Source: a bacterium
GTDB lineage: Bacteria; Hinthialibacterota; Hinthialibacteria; Hinthialibacterales; Hinthialibacteraceae
NCBI GenBank assembly: GCA_963662285.2
Contig: CAXXMV010000008.1
Coordinates: 1,248,001 to 1,312,000 of the forward strand
Reading direction: 5' to 3'
Length of the DNA: 64,000 nt
The position numbers and the translations under genes are program-made. How positions within the stretch are numbered: the stretch's first letter is position 1; the number at the start of each line of letters is the position of its first letter. The notes below the pieces were generated by a model. It did not search any database. It worked only from the letters and a program-made list of their open reading frames with translations, and had not been told where the DNA came from. Positions 53,262-63,592 of this stretch are shown here, one piece after another.

Positions 53262-53669
53262 ATGACGGATAACAATTTACCAACATTTTACATGACAGAA
53301 GACGAACTCATTCCTGAAGGCGTCTATCAAGCTGAATGCACCAAAGTGGAAAGCATCAAAGAGGGCAGATACATCAAGTTTACTTTCCGAATCTTGGATT
53401 TTAGCCTTGAGAAAAACTTTGCGAATGGACTCTGCGAAACACGAAGCAACCGATCTTCCAGTTTCGTACGCTGGGTTAGAACGCTTTCGGGTATTGAATT
53501 CTCTAAAGACCAATCCTTCAACTTGAATGAGTTGCAGCATGACATTATTGGGAACCATTGCTTTGTTCGGATCAAGCATAAAGAAAAAGACGACCGTGTC
53601 TTTGATAACGTCGTAGCGGTTTATCCGCACGATGATTCGCGATTTATAAAATCGTCAAAGGAGGAATGA
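53262..53669 (+). CDS. DUF669-like OB-fold (phage SSB-like) protein
   Basis: LIPEGVYQAECTKVE..YIKFTFRIL..IIGNHCFVRIKH..FDNV. Confidence 0.6.
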   Translation: MTDNNLPTFYMTEDELIPEGVYQAECTKVESIKEGRYIKFTFRILDFSLEKNFANGLCETRSNRSSSFVRWVRTLSGIEFSKDQSFNLNELQHDIIGNHCFVRIKHKEKDDRVFDNVVAVYPHDDSRFIKSSKEE

Positions 53670-53893
53670 GACGAATGATTGTACCCGCTACCTTGAAAAA
53701 AGTCATAACGCCGGAAGGGAAAGTTTATTACGAGGGTTTTTTCCCTTCTTGTATATCCAAGAGCAAAGAGGATCTTAAAGTGATCGGTTACGATGAAGAA
53801 AATGTTCCATCTGAATTGCGTTCTATGGCGTCAAAAGTTCCAGCGAAAGATGGTCATTTTTATCTTTTCATTGAAGAACTGACCAAGAAGTGA
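53666..53893 (+). CDS. Hypothetical protein
   Basis: 75 aa, translationally coupled (ATGA) to the upstream gene; RBS AGGAGG. Confidence 0.55.
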   Translation: MRRMIVPATLKKVITPEGKVYYEGFFPSCISKSKEDLKVIGYDEENVPSELRSMASKVPAKDGHFYLFIEELTKK

Positions 53894-53962
53894 TTCCGTA
53901 CTGGATGGCCTTCGGTGAGGTAATCGCTTCGCCGGAGCCGATGCGAGACGGAATTATTATTA

Positions 53963-54196
53963 ATGAGTAATGAGATGAAGAAACAAGGCATCAATCCAAT
54001 ATGTGACGAATCTGATGTTCCTCTCAATATGAATATTGAGCAAGCCGCTCGTTATCTTAATACAACTCCCCGTCAGTTACGTGATCTCGTTCGCGATAAA
54101 ATTATTCCTCATTTTCGTGTTGGACGTTTGGTACGTTTCAACCGAAAAAAACTTGCTGAATGGGTTGAATCACGAATTGAAGAGCCCATCTTCTAG
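53963..54196 (+). CDS. Excisionase-family HTH protein
   Basis: MNIEQAARYLNTTPRQLRDLV..IPHFRVGRLVRF. Confidence 0.85.
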   Translation: MSNEMKKQGINPICDESDVPLNMNIEQAARYLNTTPRQLRDLVRDKIIPHFRVGRLVRFNRKKLAEWVESRIEEPIF

Positions 54197-54230
54197 CCTA
54201 ATTCAGTCATTTTGATTCCAACTAAAACAG

Positions 54231-54280
54231 AAAATCAGTCAAAAATCAGTCATTGCAAAAAATCAGTCAAAAATCAGTCA
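54231..54280. repeat. Four AAAATCAGTCA direct repeats (integrase arm-site-like)
   Basis: Copies at 54231, 54242, 54259, 54270, about 70 bp from the tRNA 3' end. Confidence 0.85.
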
Positions 54281-54351
54281 AAATGATATTTGCCGATTTC
54301 TCAGTTTTGGATAGCCGTTCGTAAAATGATGTTTTTGAGGGGTTTAGAAAG

Positions 54352-54424
54352 TGGGCCATATAGGAATTGAACCTATAACCTGCCGATTAAGAGTCGGATG
54401 CTCTGCCAATTGAGCTAATGGCCC
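54352..54424 (-). tRNA. tRNA-Lys (anticodon CTT), CCA not encoded
   Basis: GGGCCAT acceptor stem, D-arm AGCTCAATTGGCAGAGC, anticodon loop CTCTTAA, T-arm GGTTCAATTCC. Confidence 0.95.
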
Positions 54425-54723
54425 ATGGATGAATTCTTGAGTATAACTGTATAATTACTTGTTTCGTAAAAGGTTATTGTCGATAAAAGCATAAAACGGG
54501 AATTGCAACAATTAAGTATGTTAATAAGAGGTTTTTATTTGTCAACCATAAGTTAAGCCTGAAAGTGTTAATTATAGAAAAATTAACTCCTTATCATTTC
54601 TGCATTGCCGAACTAGTCATTCGGTAAATAAGAACTTATACTTCAAAAAACGTTTAAATTAATCTACTTTGTGCTATATTACACTCGATCTAATTTTATT
54701 ATAGTCGGGTTGGCTGGTGAACT

Positions 54724-55179
54724 ATGCTGTCACGCTTAATTGAAATGGTCAGTTTTATCTTGGCTAAGACCCTTGAATTTGAAGAGGACGATTGGGGTCT
54801 TTTACGGACGGAACTGACTGAACAACTCGAGGTTCGAGGCTTCAACGGCAATGAAATAGATATTGCTTTCGAGGTTGCCAATCGCATTCGTACGCGTGTT
54901 GAAGATGGACCTTTACTATCTTTCCCTATAAAAACCAATCGGGTTTATCAATTGCTGGAACAGATGAGGCTCTCGCGTGAATCTCGCGGCTACTTGATTA
55001 AAATGATGCAAGAGGGATTATTGACTCCCCAACAGCGTGAAGATGTTGTGGAACGCGCTTTCCTGCTGGATACGCATGAGGTCGAATTCGAAGATATCCA
55101 ATACCTGGTCAATCAGGTTTTGGGTGGAGATGTCTGGCCGGGAGAAGATTCTGCGGCTATGTCTTATGTAATTCAATAA
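54724..55179 (+). CDS. DUF494/Smg-family protein
   Basis: LEVRGF...EIDIAF, RVY..LEQMRLSRESRGYL, LLTPQQREDVVERA. Confidence 0.75.
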   Translation: MLSRLIEMVSFILAKTLEFEEDDWGLLRTELTEQLEVRGFNGNEIDIAFEVANRIRTRVEDGPLLSFPIKTNRVYQLLEQMRLSRESRGYLIKMMQEGLLTPQQREDVVERAFLLDTHEVEFEDIQYLVNQVLGGDVWPGEDSAAMSYVIQ

Positions 55180-55298
55180 TTGTTCATGGTTATTCTGCAC
55201 CAAATATAATATAATTGATATTCATATCAAACCTTACCGCTCTCGAAATTATATCAATCTGCGTATACAATTCTTGTTCCTGAAGAAGCATTTCTGAA

Positions 55299-56429
55299 AT
55301 GGAGGAGGCGATTGCGTTGGAATCCAAAAATAATGATCCTGTTTCGTTCGAAGAGCAAATGAGCCAATTAAGGCAATCGATTGATTCGATAGATTGCCGC
55401 ATTCTTGATCTACTTAACGAAAGAGCAAAAGTCGCTAAAGAAGTAGGGCGAGTCAAAAATAATTATAAATCTGAGTATTACGTTCCTGCCCGTGAAAAAG
55501 CCATTCTGGCGCGTCTACGGGAGAAGAATCAGGGGCTTCTGCAAGGAGAAGCCATTGAATCGGTTTTTCTGGAAATCATCAGCGCCTGCCGCGCTCTGGA
55601 AACCAATCTTCATATTGCTTATCTCGGTCCGGAAGGTACTTTTCACCATAGCGCCGCCCAGGCTTATTTTGGCCGTTCAGCTGAATTTATTCCTGTCGAA
55701 ACCATACGGGGCGTGTTTCATGAAGTTGAATGTCGCCGGGTGGATTATGGGATTGTGGCTATAGAAAATTCCATTGAAGGCAGCGTTGGTCAGACCTTGG
55801 ACTATCTGGCTCATTCCAATAACCATGTGATTGGCGAAGTCTATATCCCCATTTCTCATAACTTGATAAGTCAAGCTGAATTGCATGACATTGAACGGGT
55901 ATATGCTCACCCCCAGGCCATTGCGCAGTGCAGACGTTGGTTGGAATCAAATCTACCTAAAGCCCAATTGATTGATTCTTCAAGTAATGCAGTTGGCGTT
56001 CAGCGTTGCGTTGATGATAAAACATCGGCTGCTATCGCCGGCAACCTGGCGGCGGAAAAATATGGCGTGGCCATTCAAGTGCGGGGCATCGAAGATGTTG
56101 CGGGAAACACCACGCGCTTCTTTGTTATCAGTTCGACTCCCTCGGAGCGCTGCCAAAACGCCAAAACCTCTATGGTGGTTTTCCTGCGGGATCAGGTTGG
56201 GGCGCTGTACTCTATGCTCGAGCCATTCAAAAAGCATGCTATCAACTTGACCAATATCGTTTCGCGCCCCACCAAACAACAGGCCTGGCAATATATGTTC
56301 TTCATTGAATGTTTGGGTTATGTTGAAGATCAACAACTGGTCAATGCGCTGGATGATATTAAATCTAATAGTTTATACGTGAAGATTCTCGGTTCTTATA
56401 CCCAGGAGAGTTCTTCTATTAAAGCATGA
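55299..56429 (+). CDS. pheA: Chorismate mutase/prephenate dehydratase
   Basis: LRQSIDSID..LLNERA, YLGPEGTF, ENSIEG, NTTRF, ACT domain INLTNIVSRP. Confidence 0.95.
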   Translation: MEEAIALESKNNDPVSFEEQMSQLRQSIDSIDCRILDLLNERAKVAKEVGRVKNNYKSEYYVPAREKAILARLREKNQGLLQGEAIESVFLEIISACRALETNLHIAYLGPEGTFHHSAAQAYFGRSAEFIPVETIRGVFHEVECRRVDYGIVAIENSIEGSVGQTLDYLAHSNNHVIGEVYIPISHNLISQAELHDIERVYAHPQAIAQCRRWLESNLPKAQLIDSSSNAVGVQRCVDDKTSAAIAGNLAAEKYGVAIQVRGIEDVAGNTTRFFVISSTPSERCQNAKTSMVVFLRDQVGALYSMLEPFKKHAINLTNIVSRPTKQQAWQYMFFIECLGYVEDQQLVNALDDIKSNSLYVKILGSYTQESSSIKA

Positions 56430-56497
56430 TCTCTTTGTCTGATTATTGTTCTGGATGCTTATATTCTGTGATTGAGAGTGAAAATTAAAATAAAGTT

Positions 56498-57382
56498 ATG
56501 GATATTCTTCCATTTAAGAGAATCGGGATTTATGGCGTCGGCCTTCTGGGCGGCTCCTTAGGTTTAGCGCTCAAAGCATCCTCTTTGGATGTTGAAATTA
56601 CCGGCATTGGACGGTCTGAAGAACGCCTTCAAATGGCCTTGGATAAAGGCGTTATTGATAGTTTCACCTGTGATCCGGGCAGTGTATCTCCTTTGCTGGA
56701 TGCCCTGGTTCTTTGCACGCCGGTTCGCCTGGCGCCTACAGCCTTGATTTCAACTTTACCATCTCTAACCGATGATGCTGTGATTACGGATGTCGGCAGC
56801 ACTAAGAATATGCTGGTTCGCGCTTGTGAAGCAGCTGCGGGCGAGCGCTTTTTTGTGGGATCGCATCCCATGGCCGGGTCGCATAAAACCGGAGTATGCG
56901 CTGCGCGGGCTGACCTGTTTGACAATAAAATTTGCGTTGTTACCGAAACGGAACATTCCAATGCTCCTTCGGTTGATGCTATAGCCCAGTTATGGGAATT
57001 GATTGGCATGCGCGTTATCCGAATGAGTCCTGATGAACATGACCGTTTGGCGGCCCATTCCAGCCATCTGCCCCACATCATTGCAGCGGCCATGTGCCAT
57101 GCCGCCTCAACTCAGGGTAAAGATATTGAGATGCTGTTAGGAGATGGTTTCCGGGATTCAACTAGAATAGCCCTGGGCGATCCTGACATGTGGGTTGATA
57201 TATGCATCGAAAACCGTGAACCAATCTTAAGCGCCATTGAGTCGCTCCAATCGGTTCTCTCTGATTTCTATGAAGCCATAGACGCTGCAGACGAGAACGC
57301 TATCCGTGATTTTCTGACCGAAGCCAGGGATTGGAAAAAACAAAATAAGTGCTTTCTCCACATCCAAAAAGAGCAAGAATAA
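56498..57382 (+). CDS. tyrA: Prephenate dehydrogenase
   Basis: GVGLLGGS, TDVGSTK, GSHPMAGS, HD..AA.SSHLPH, GFRDSTRIA. Confidence 0.93.
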   Translation: MDILPFKRIGIYGVGLLGGSLGLALKASSLDVEITGIGRSEERLQMALDKGVIDSFTCDPGSVSPLLDALVLCTPVRLAPTALISTLPSLTDDAVITDVGSTKNMLVRACEAAAGERFFVGSHPMAGSHKTGVCAARADLFDNKICVVTETEHSNAPSVDAIAQLWELIGMRVIRMSPDEHDRLAAHSSHLPHIIAAAMCHAASTQGKDIEMLLGDGFRDSTRIALGDPDMWVDICIENREPILSAIESLQSVLSDFYEAIDAADENAIRDFLTEARDWKKQNKCFLHIQKEQE

Positions 57383-57530
57383 GAACGTATTCAGAATTAC
57401 CCATCCACAATATACATAAAATCCATAGGCAATGTCATTAACTTAAGTTGTTTGACAATTCCCCTCATGCTAGTCACGGCCCTGAGCAGGAGAGAGTTTG
57501 GTTGTCCGACACTATTCGTTAGACAAAATA

Positions 57531-59549
57531 CTAGCGTTGATTATACTCTTCCAGCCACGCAAGGTTAAAGCGGTAATGCAATGCGCTGCTGATTAGGTGT
57601 ATCACGCCATCCGGAGTTTGGGTTATGGCCAGATATCCTTTGGGTTCAGCGTGAGTCTCGTCCATAGTAAAGGCGCCAGTCCATGCTCCACCATCCACAG
57701 AGTCTATTTCAGGAGTGGTTATCAAGCGTTTTGCAGGCCATGTTTTTCCTTCATCATAAGACAGTGCGGCGAACAGGCCGTATACGCGTTGCTCTTCGCC
57801 ATTAGCGTTTTTAACAATTACGCCTTGAGGATTTTTCAGATTGTCGGAAGAGTCGGTGAAGGAAGCAAAGAATAGTTGACCTCCACGTAAGCGCTTAAGA
57901 ACCAGTCTTTGTCCGCTGGAAATGGGCGGGAAGGGGCTGGCTGAGTATTTCCATGACTGCCCCATATCCTTTGATATACTCATCGGCATACGGTCATCAA
58001 TATTGTTGCTGCGTCCCAAAGCCAGTAAGTCGCCGTTCAGGAGTTGGACGACTCCGGCGTGAATCCCGGCGATCCAGGCGCCGGTTTTGCCATCTTCAAA
58101 CTCTGGCTCAGGTTTACCGAATCCCGGATCATTCCAGGTTGCGCCATTATCCTTGCTGACTAAAAGGGCGGTTCCGCCGCTTCCCCCGTGGACTGCGTCG
58201 CAGGGTTGGAGGAAATATCCTTCTTTGGTTTGGCTGAGTCCATGAATGATCTGGTTGCGATGACGGTGTTCAGGACTGATAAGACGGGGATGAGTCCATG
58301 TTAGGCCATTATCCCGGCTGATGCGATGAGTTGCGGCTAATTTCCCCCAGGTTCCATCGCTTTCCAATCCATTTATATGATAAATGGTTCCCTGTCCGTC
58401 ATTGTACAAAGCGGAGCCTGTCATATTGCGGTCAGGCGCTTTGAAGAACTCTGATGGTTCATCCCATACTTCCTTACCAGCCCGTAGGCGGGAAGCCAGG
58501 ATGGTCATTTCACGTCCCGCTTCGGTCTTGGTTGAAAACCAGACAGCTAACAAGTCGCCGTTGTCGCACCAGGTTATGCTGGGGCAATGGTTATGCCGAT
58601 ACATGGGAATGGAATCTTGATTTTCGGGGAAGCGTACAAAACGTATAGGGCCTTCGAAAAACGGTTGGTTGCTGGAAGATATTTTCGACCAGTCATACTC
58701 GCGGTTCGGCGCGTCCTTGGCCCATAATGGTTTATCTGGTTCCGGCAGCGGTTTAGTTTCGGGGATATCGGCCATGACGACGCGAAAACCTATCAACCAG
58801 TGTTTATCTTCCGGCAAGGTTCCCAGGCGATTAGCTGAGCGAAGATAGGGCGGCGTGGTATGATGGCTTCCGCCACGGGTGACTTTGAAGACTCCGGTAA
58901 TCCGGCCTACCGGATTGGTCTGCGTAGTATTAACGTAGGGGCCATACCAGTCATGGCACCATTCTTCTACATTGCCGTGCATATCGTGTAATCCCCAGGC
59001 ATTGGGCGGGGTTGATCCAACCGCCAGGGATACAGGTTCAGGCGTCTGCCACACATGCTGCTGGTTTTTGTGATAGGCTTCGGGAAATTGATCGCCTGTG
59101 TTGTATGCAGTGGTGGTTCCCGCGCGGCAGGCGTATTCCCATTCGGCTTCGGTTGGCAAGCGGTAGGTCTTGCCTTCTTTCTTACTTAACCACTTGCAAT
59201 ATTGTTTAGCCTCATGCCAACTTACATAAATCACGGCGTCATTATCTTTATCAGACAATCCATGTATACCCCGATAAGCGGAATGTTTTGGATCAAATTT
59301 CTCATATTGCTGGTTAGTTATTTCAGTGACTGACATGTAGAACGGATTGGTGATATCAACGCGGTGTATTGGTAGTTCATCGTGGTCGCCCTGTTTGCTT
59401 CCCATTTGGAATGAGCCGGGTTTAATGCATGTCATTTTTATTCCGGCGGAATTGACGAACGCTGCATGATCTGGCTTTACATGTTGATTCTGAGCGTTTC
59501 CCGCTTGAATTCCGATTAATATTATGATGAACAAATACGTATGTTTCAT
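57531..59549 (-). CDS. Secreted FGE/SUMF1-domain plus sialidase-like (BNR) protein
   Basis: RLPTEAEWEYACRAG, LHDMHGNVEEW; Asp-boxes SRDNGLTW, SKDNGATW, SKDMGQSW, SYDEGKTW. Confidence 0.88.
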   Translation of the reverse strand: MKHTYLFIIILIGIQAGNAQNQHVKPDHAAFVNSAGIKMTCIKPGSFQMGSKQGDHDELPIHRVDITNPFYMSVTEITNQQYEKFDPKHSAYRGIHGLSDKDNDAVIYVSWHEAKQYCKWLSKKEGKTYRLPTEAEWEYACRAGTTTAYNTGDQFPEAYHKNQQHVWQTPEPVSLAVGSTPPNAWGLHDMHGNVEEWCHDWYGPYVNTTQTNPVGRITGVFKVTRGGSHHTTPPYLRSANRLGTLPEDKHWLIGFRVVMADIPETKPLPEPDKPLWAKDAPNREYDWSKISSSNQPFFEGPIRFVRFPENQDSIPMYRHNHCPSITWCDNGDLLAVWFSTKTEAGREMTILASRLRAGKEVWDEPSEFFKAPDRNMTGSALYNDGQGTIYHINGLESDGTWGKLAATHRISRDNGLTWTHPRLISPEHRHRNQIIHGLSQTKEGYFLQPCDAVHGGSGGTALLVSKDNGATWNDPGFGKPEPEFEDGKTGAWIAGIHAGVVQLLNGDLLALGRSNNIDDRMPMSISKDMGQSWKYSASPFPPISSGQRLVLKRLRGGQLFFASFTDSSDNLKNPQGVIVKNANGEEQRVYGLFAALSYDEGKTWPAKRLITTPEIDSVDGGAWTGAFTMDETHAEPKGYLAITQTPDGVIHLISSALHYRFNLAWLEEYNQR

Positions 59550-59731
59550 TGTATTTTCCTATCCTTTTATGAATGAAGTTATGACGACTTATACAAATCT
59601 AATGCATAATCCGTAATATAAAAAGGTTAGATCAATATTAATGCGGTTAACAAAAGTATATTCGTATTGAAAGCGTATATAGTTGAGCGTAAGATAATAA
59701 AATCCATTAACGTTCTTAAGAAAGATATCCA

Positions 59732-62359
59732 ATGAATAACAAATGCCTGCTGTTATATGTATGTTCCATCTGGTTTGCGCTTACATTGAGCGCTTCGGGT
59801 CAGCAAGTCATCGACATTGCAGATGAGTGGAAATTCTCGACCGATCCAGAGGCGGCTGGAGAGCAACAGCAGTGGGCTAGTGTTGATTTCGATGATAGTA
59901 AATGGAAAATATTGAATGCGGGTATGCGCTGGGAGGATCAGGGCGTTGATGAATACGACGGTCATGCCTGGTATCGCAAATGGGTCACAGTACCCGATGT
60001 ATGGCTGAGCCGTCCAGTCTATCTGGCTTTTGGGGGGATTAACGATTGCGCCACGGTTTACATCAATGGAAAGAAAGCGGCGGCTTTAGGTTTCTATGAG
60101 GATAGCAAGAAAAACCTGTCCGTGGCGCGCGACTTGCAGGCGGTGGACATTACGTCGTATATTGAGGCCGGGGCAGATAACCTGACCGCTAAATCCGGCG
60201 CCAAGGTTTTGATCGCAGTTGATGTGTTCGACTGGGGTAAAAGCGGTGGGTTATGGGTTTTGCCTTGCGCTCTTACTTTGAATCCTGAATCCATGTCGGC
60301 GGTCGAGGCCAGTTGCGCGGTTGATTATGCAGCTCAGGAGTTGGTAGTGCGCGTGCTGCAAGTTAATAAGCAGACCGATCCTTTGCAGGGCGACTTCAAT
60401 ATAACAGTCACTCCTGATGGAGATAGCGTTCCTGTCTTGAAAAGACGAATCCCCATAGCGGCGGATGCTATGCCCACCGAATTTATTTTGCCGTTGCCCT
60501 ACTCGCCCGATGAAGTGAATTACACCGTTGATGTTACTGCTATATCGACTGAAGGCGAGAAGCTTGATGAAGTCTCCGCCAAGACAAAGGCTTTATGGCC
60601 CGCCTGTGTTGTTCGCGGTACTGAATACGCCGATGCGATTCCGCTGAATAATTTTGTATCTCAACTTTTCAATAATGAATGCCAACCCGGCGCCGCAACT
60701 ATTGGCTTTACCAATCCCAAGGCGGGTTGGGTATTCTTCAGCCTCTCACGTCCTAGCGCGTTGCCGGATGAAGCGCGGCTTATGCTGGACGGTGAACAAA
60801 AACCCTTGGCGCTACGCCGTTACTGGCGTACAGGGGCTATGGAATCCATGCGTAGATTGGATGCGGGACGGCATACCTTACGCATAGAAAACGCTGGAGG
60901 GCGTCGCCTAGAAATCAGGTCGATTCCAGAATTGCTTTTCTGTTTCTACCCGCCAGTAATCGATGTTCCTGAACATGGTCCTTTTGGATTGGAGTTTTTT
61001 GAGAAGTATGTTTTCCCTACAGTTAACACTCTGGTTAAGGAACTTGATCCTGATCCATTCGACCACAATGGACGGCAATATACCGCGCTTAATGAGCCAG
61101 ATGAGGTTGTTAAACAGTGGGTGCGCGACGGGCGTGAATGGATTGTGCGCGAGCCTCTCCCCGGGCTTGGTGAAGGATTGAACAAAAAACCACCCGTCCC
61201 CGCTGATGATGTATACAAAGTGTGGCGCGACAAACCCGGCAGTACTCATCCATTATCCAGCGGCATAATCATTGATGAGTTCTCCAACGTCTGGGCGGAG
61301 CAATTCGATGAATGGACTGCGGCGCTTGACTGTTTCAGTCAGTATCCGGCTTGGAACAACCGCAGATTTTATGCATGGGTTGGTGAGATTTACATGCATC
61401 ATCCCGGATTGGCATTTCAGGAAGTTATCAAAAAATACGATCACCGCCTGGTGTGGGAGAATTATTTGAGTGAAGGCGCCAGTGAAATTGCCGCCCGCAT
61501 TTACGTAATAGAAAAACTAGTCTCCACCATGCAGACCTGGCTGAAACAACAGCCCGACATTGGCCGTTATCTACTTATGTGTCCGGGAGTATTCTCTGCT
61601 GTTCCGGCCACGCTGAGCAAGAATCCCCACGCCGATTTTGGCGTCTTCCTGGACTGGCAGTTTAGGCTGATGGCGACTCATCCATATCATGCGGATCTGG
61701 CGGGCATAATTCCCTGGACCGCCCAATACGCCGACTCGGATGTACTGCAATGGACATACCGTTTGATGCGCCACTATTGCATTGAGGGAAAAACCGAACC
61801 GCTCACTACCGATCCCTACGATCTACAACATATCCGTAACGGCGATTTTAATGAGGGGCTAGAACATTGGACAATTGAAACAGCTGCGGATGGTAGTATC
61901 AGACCGGATCACATCAAAGATTTCGGCTGGATCGAGGGGCGGTATTGGAAAACCACTACAGGCGATAATCTGGTCCGCATCACGCGCAGCGCCCAGGGCA
62001 GCAATACGCTACGACAAACGATTAGGGGACTCGAACCGGGACGCCGCTACGCCGCTAAACTACTGGCTATCGACGCCGCCCACTGGACCCATCGCGAGAA
62101 GGCCGGGATTGCATTGCGCATTGATGGCGCAGTTCCTATTCCAGAGCATACTTTCCATACGCTGGTAGAAAGCCACGAGTCAGGCGCCGTCGAAGCCTGC
62201 GACCACCAGCAGGCTATGATCAACTACATCCGAGTCGTTTTCGATGCTGTTGCTGAAACAGCTACGCTTACTATCACCGATGATGTTTCCTATGGATTGC
62301 CGGATCAGGATTTGGGTTGCAATTTCGTTGAAGTGCAACCCTGGCGATGGGAGGAGTGA
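59732..62359 (+). CDS. Secreted protein with N-terminal GH2-like sugar-binding domain
   Basis: Signal peptide; WKF.TDP..GE.Q.W, YDGHAWYRK, FGGIND.ATVYING; IRNGDFNEGL CBM-like segment. Confidence 0.75.
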   Translation: MNNKCLLLYVCSIWFALTLSASGQQVIDIADEWKFSTDPEAAGEQQQWASVDFDDSKWKILNAGMRWEDQGVDEYDGHAWYRKWVTVPDVWLSRPVYLAFGGINDCATVYINGKKAAALGFYEDSKKNLSVARDLQAVDITSYIEAGADNLTAKSGAKVLIAVDVFDWGKSGGLWVLPCALTLNPESMSAVEASCAVDYAAQELVVRVLQVNKQTDPLQGDFNITVTPDGDSVPVLKRRIPIAADAMPTEFILPLPYSPDEVNYTVDVTAISTEGEKLDEVSAKTKALWPACVVRGTEYADAIPLNNFVSQLFNNECQPGAATIGFTNPKAGWVFFSLSRPSALPDEARLMLDGEQKPLALRRYWRTGAMESMRRLDAGRHTLRIENAGGRRLEIRSIPELLFCFYPPVIDVPEHGPFGLEFFEKYVFPTVNTLVKELDPDPFDHNGRQYTALNEPDEVVKQWVRDGREWIVREPLPGLGEGLNKKPPVPADDVYKVWRDKPGSTHPLSSGIIIDEFSNVWAEQFDEWTAALDCFSQYPAWNNRRFYAWVGEIYMHHPGLAFQEVIKKYDHRLVWENYLSEGASEIAARIYVIEKLVSTMQTWLKQQPDIGRYLLMCPGVFSAVPATLSKNPHADFGVFLDWQFRLMATHPYHADLAGIIPWTAQYADSDVLQWTYRLMRHYCIEGKTEPLTTDPYDLQHIRNGDFNEGLEHWTIETAADGSIRPDHIKDFGWIEGRYWKTTTGDNLVRITRSAQGSNTLRQTIRGLEPGRRYAAKLLAIDAAHWTHREKAGIALRIDGAVPIPEHTFHTLVESHESGAVEACDHQQAMINYIRVVFDAVAETATLTITDDVSYGLPDQDLGCNFVEVQPWRWEE

Positions 62360-62384
62360 ATCCAGGTTTTTTTCTAAAGAGTAG

Positions 62385-62432
62385 AAAAAAGAGCGGGATC
62401 ATGAAAACCATTTAAGGTCATGACCCCGCACT
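62385..62432. terminator. Terminator-like hairpin between convergent genes
   Basis: GCGGGATCATGA..TCATGACCCCGC with a flanking A-run. Confidence 0.55.
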
Positions 62433-62479
62433 ATATTGTTATGTATATCTCTACAACGACTGCATTGATCTTACATTGA

Positions 62480-63457
62480 TTAAAGACCAAAAGCCTTCTG
62501 CATCTGTTCGCGTACTATGGTCAAGCGTTTTACGTCACCACCGCCGACTTCGGCTGTAGCCCATCCGGTGAAACAGATGTCATCGAGCGCCTTGCGAACT
62601 TGATCCCAAGGAAGATCGTCATCGGGGCTGGCGATTTCAGCCCACTTGTTCTGGGCGCGGTTGAAGCCTTTCACATCGAGTTTAACGCAGCGGCGGCCGA
62701 AGGTGCGAAGCCATTCGCTGGGACGTCCGTATTTCCAGTGGTTGCCGAGATCATAGTACATGCCCACCCAGGGGCTGTTGAAACTGTCAATAAATTTAAC
62801 GAAGCGCTCGGCGCCCTGATCCGGAGCAGCGTCGTGGTCATACATCATGTGGTTCCAAACGTTCTCCACCAGGATCATTTGTCCCAGCGCAGCTGACAGG
62901 GGAAGCATTTTTTTGATCTCTTCACGCGCCCGTTGTTCGGTCTCTTCAACGGTTCCGTCTGAAGCGTTACCGAGCACGATCAGCACGCCGCTGCCGCCCG
63001 CTGCATGGGATACGTGGATGCAGTGTTCGATGTTAGCCCGGCCCTGGTCGCGCTCTTCCTGCTTGGCGCTGGTGAGACGTTGCGACCAGTGCGCATGATT
63101 GATGGCGTTGTGTACGAAAACGCCTGATTTTTGCACTGCTTCACGGGCTTGCTGTGGAGTGAATTCTCCGGCCTGATCGAAATCGACGCCATCGAAACCA
63201 GCTTCTCCCGCCATACTAAGCCGATCAGCACCCGACAGTTTTTTGCCGTTCAACTCTTTGGGAATCATACCCAGTTTACACGACAACAAAATGCGCTTGC
63301 CCACCGGTGGGGTTACAATGCCTGAGCAACCCGCCTCTTCAGCGGCCTGCGCAACTTTCGCTCCGCTCATCACCGCCGCCGCCGAACCCGCCCCCATCGC
63401 CAGGATGCTGCGGCGACTGATAGAAGACGTTTGTTTGCATTCAGATTCAATTTTCAT
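62480..63457 (-). CDS. Tat-exported sugar phosphate isomerase/epimerase (xylose-isomerase-like TIM barrel)
   Basis: SRRSIL Tat motif; ENVWN, YYDLGN, LDVK, ATAEV. Confidence 0.88.
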   Translation of the reverse strand: MKIESECKQTSSISRRSILAMGAGSAAAVMSGAKVAQAAEEAGCSGIVTPPVGKRILLSCKLGMIPKELNGKKLSGADRLSMAGEAGFDGVDFDQAGEFTPQQAREAVQKSGVFVHNAINHAHWSQRLTSAKQEERDQGRANIEHCIHVSHAAGGSGVLIVLGNASDGTVEETEQRAREEIKKMLPLSAALGQMILVENVWNHMMYDHDAAPDQGAERFVKFIDSFNSPWVGMYYDLGNHWKYGRPSEWLRTFGRRCVKLDVKGFNRAQNKWAEIASPDDDLPWDQVRKALDDICFTGWATAEVGGGDVKRLTIVREQMQKAFGL

Positions 63458-63592
63458 AAGTATTCACCCACTGATAGGAAATTTTATTGCAATATACTTT
63501 ATTCATTCTATCATCAGGGATATGGTGATAGAAGTGAAATAGCGTTGAGAAAGAGAGAGAAATGGTAAACGCTATGCTATCCCTCATGTATA

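Larger units (their letters stand above)
25400..54351. mobile_element. Putative integrative element adjoining the 3' end of tRNA-Lys; left boundary approximate
   Basis: Recombinase at the left end; excisionase and arm-like repeats next to the tRNA at the right end; DUF3987 ATPase, SSBs, HerA/VirB4-like ATPase and many ORFans between. No att duplication found. Confidence 0.7.

Noticed and set aside
25400-54351. Prophage interpretation
   Set aside because: No recognisable terminase, portal, capsid, tail or lysis genes.
57470-57515. Possible IS-end or MITE fragment between tyrA and the FGE gene
   Set aside because: No matching second inverted repeat, target duplication or transposase visible.
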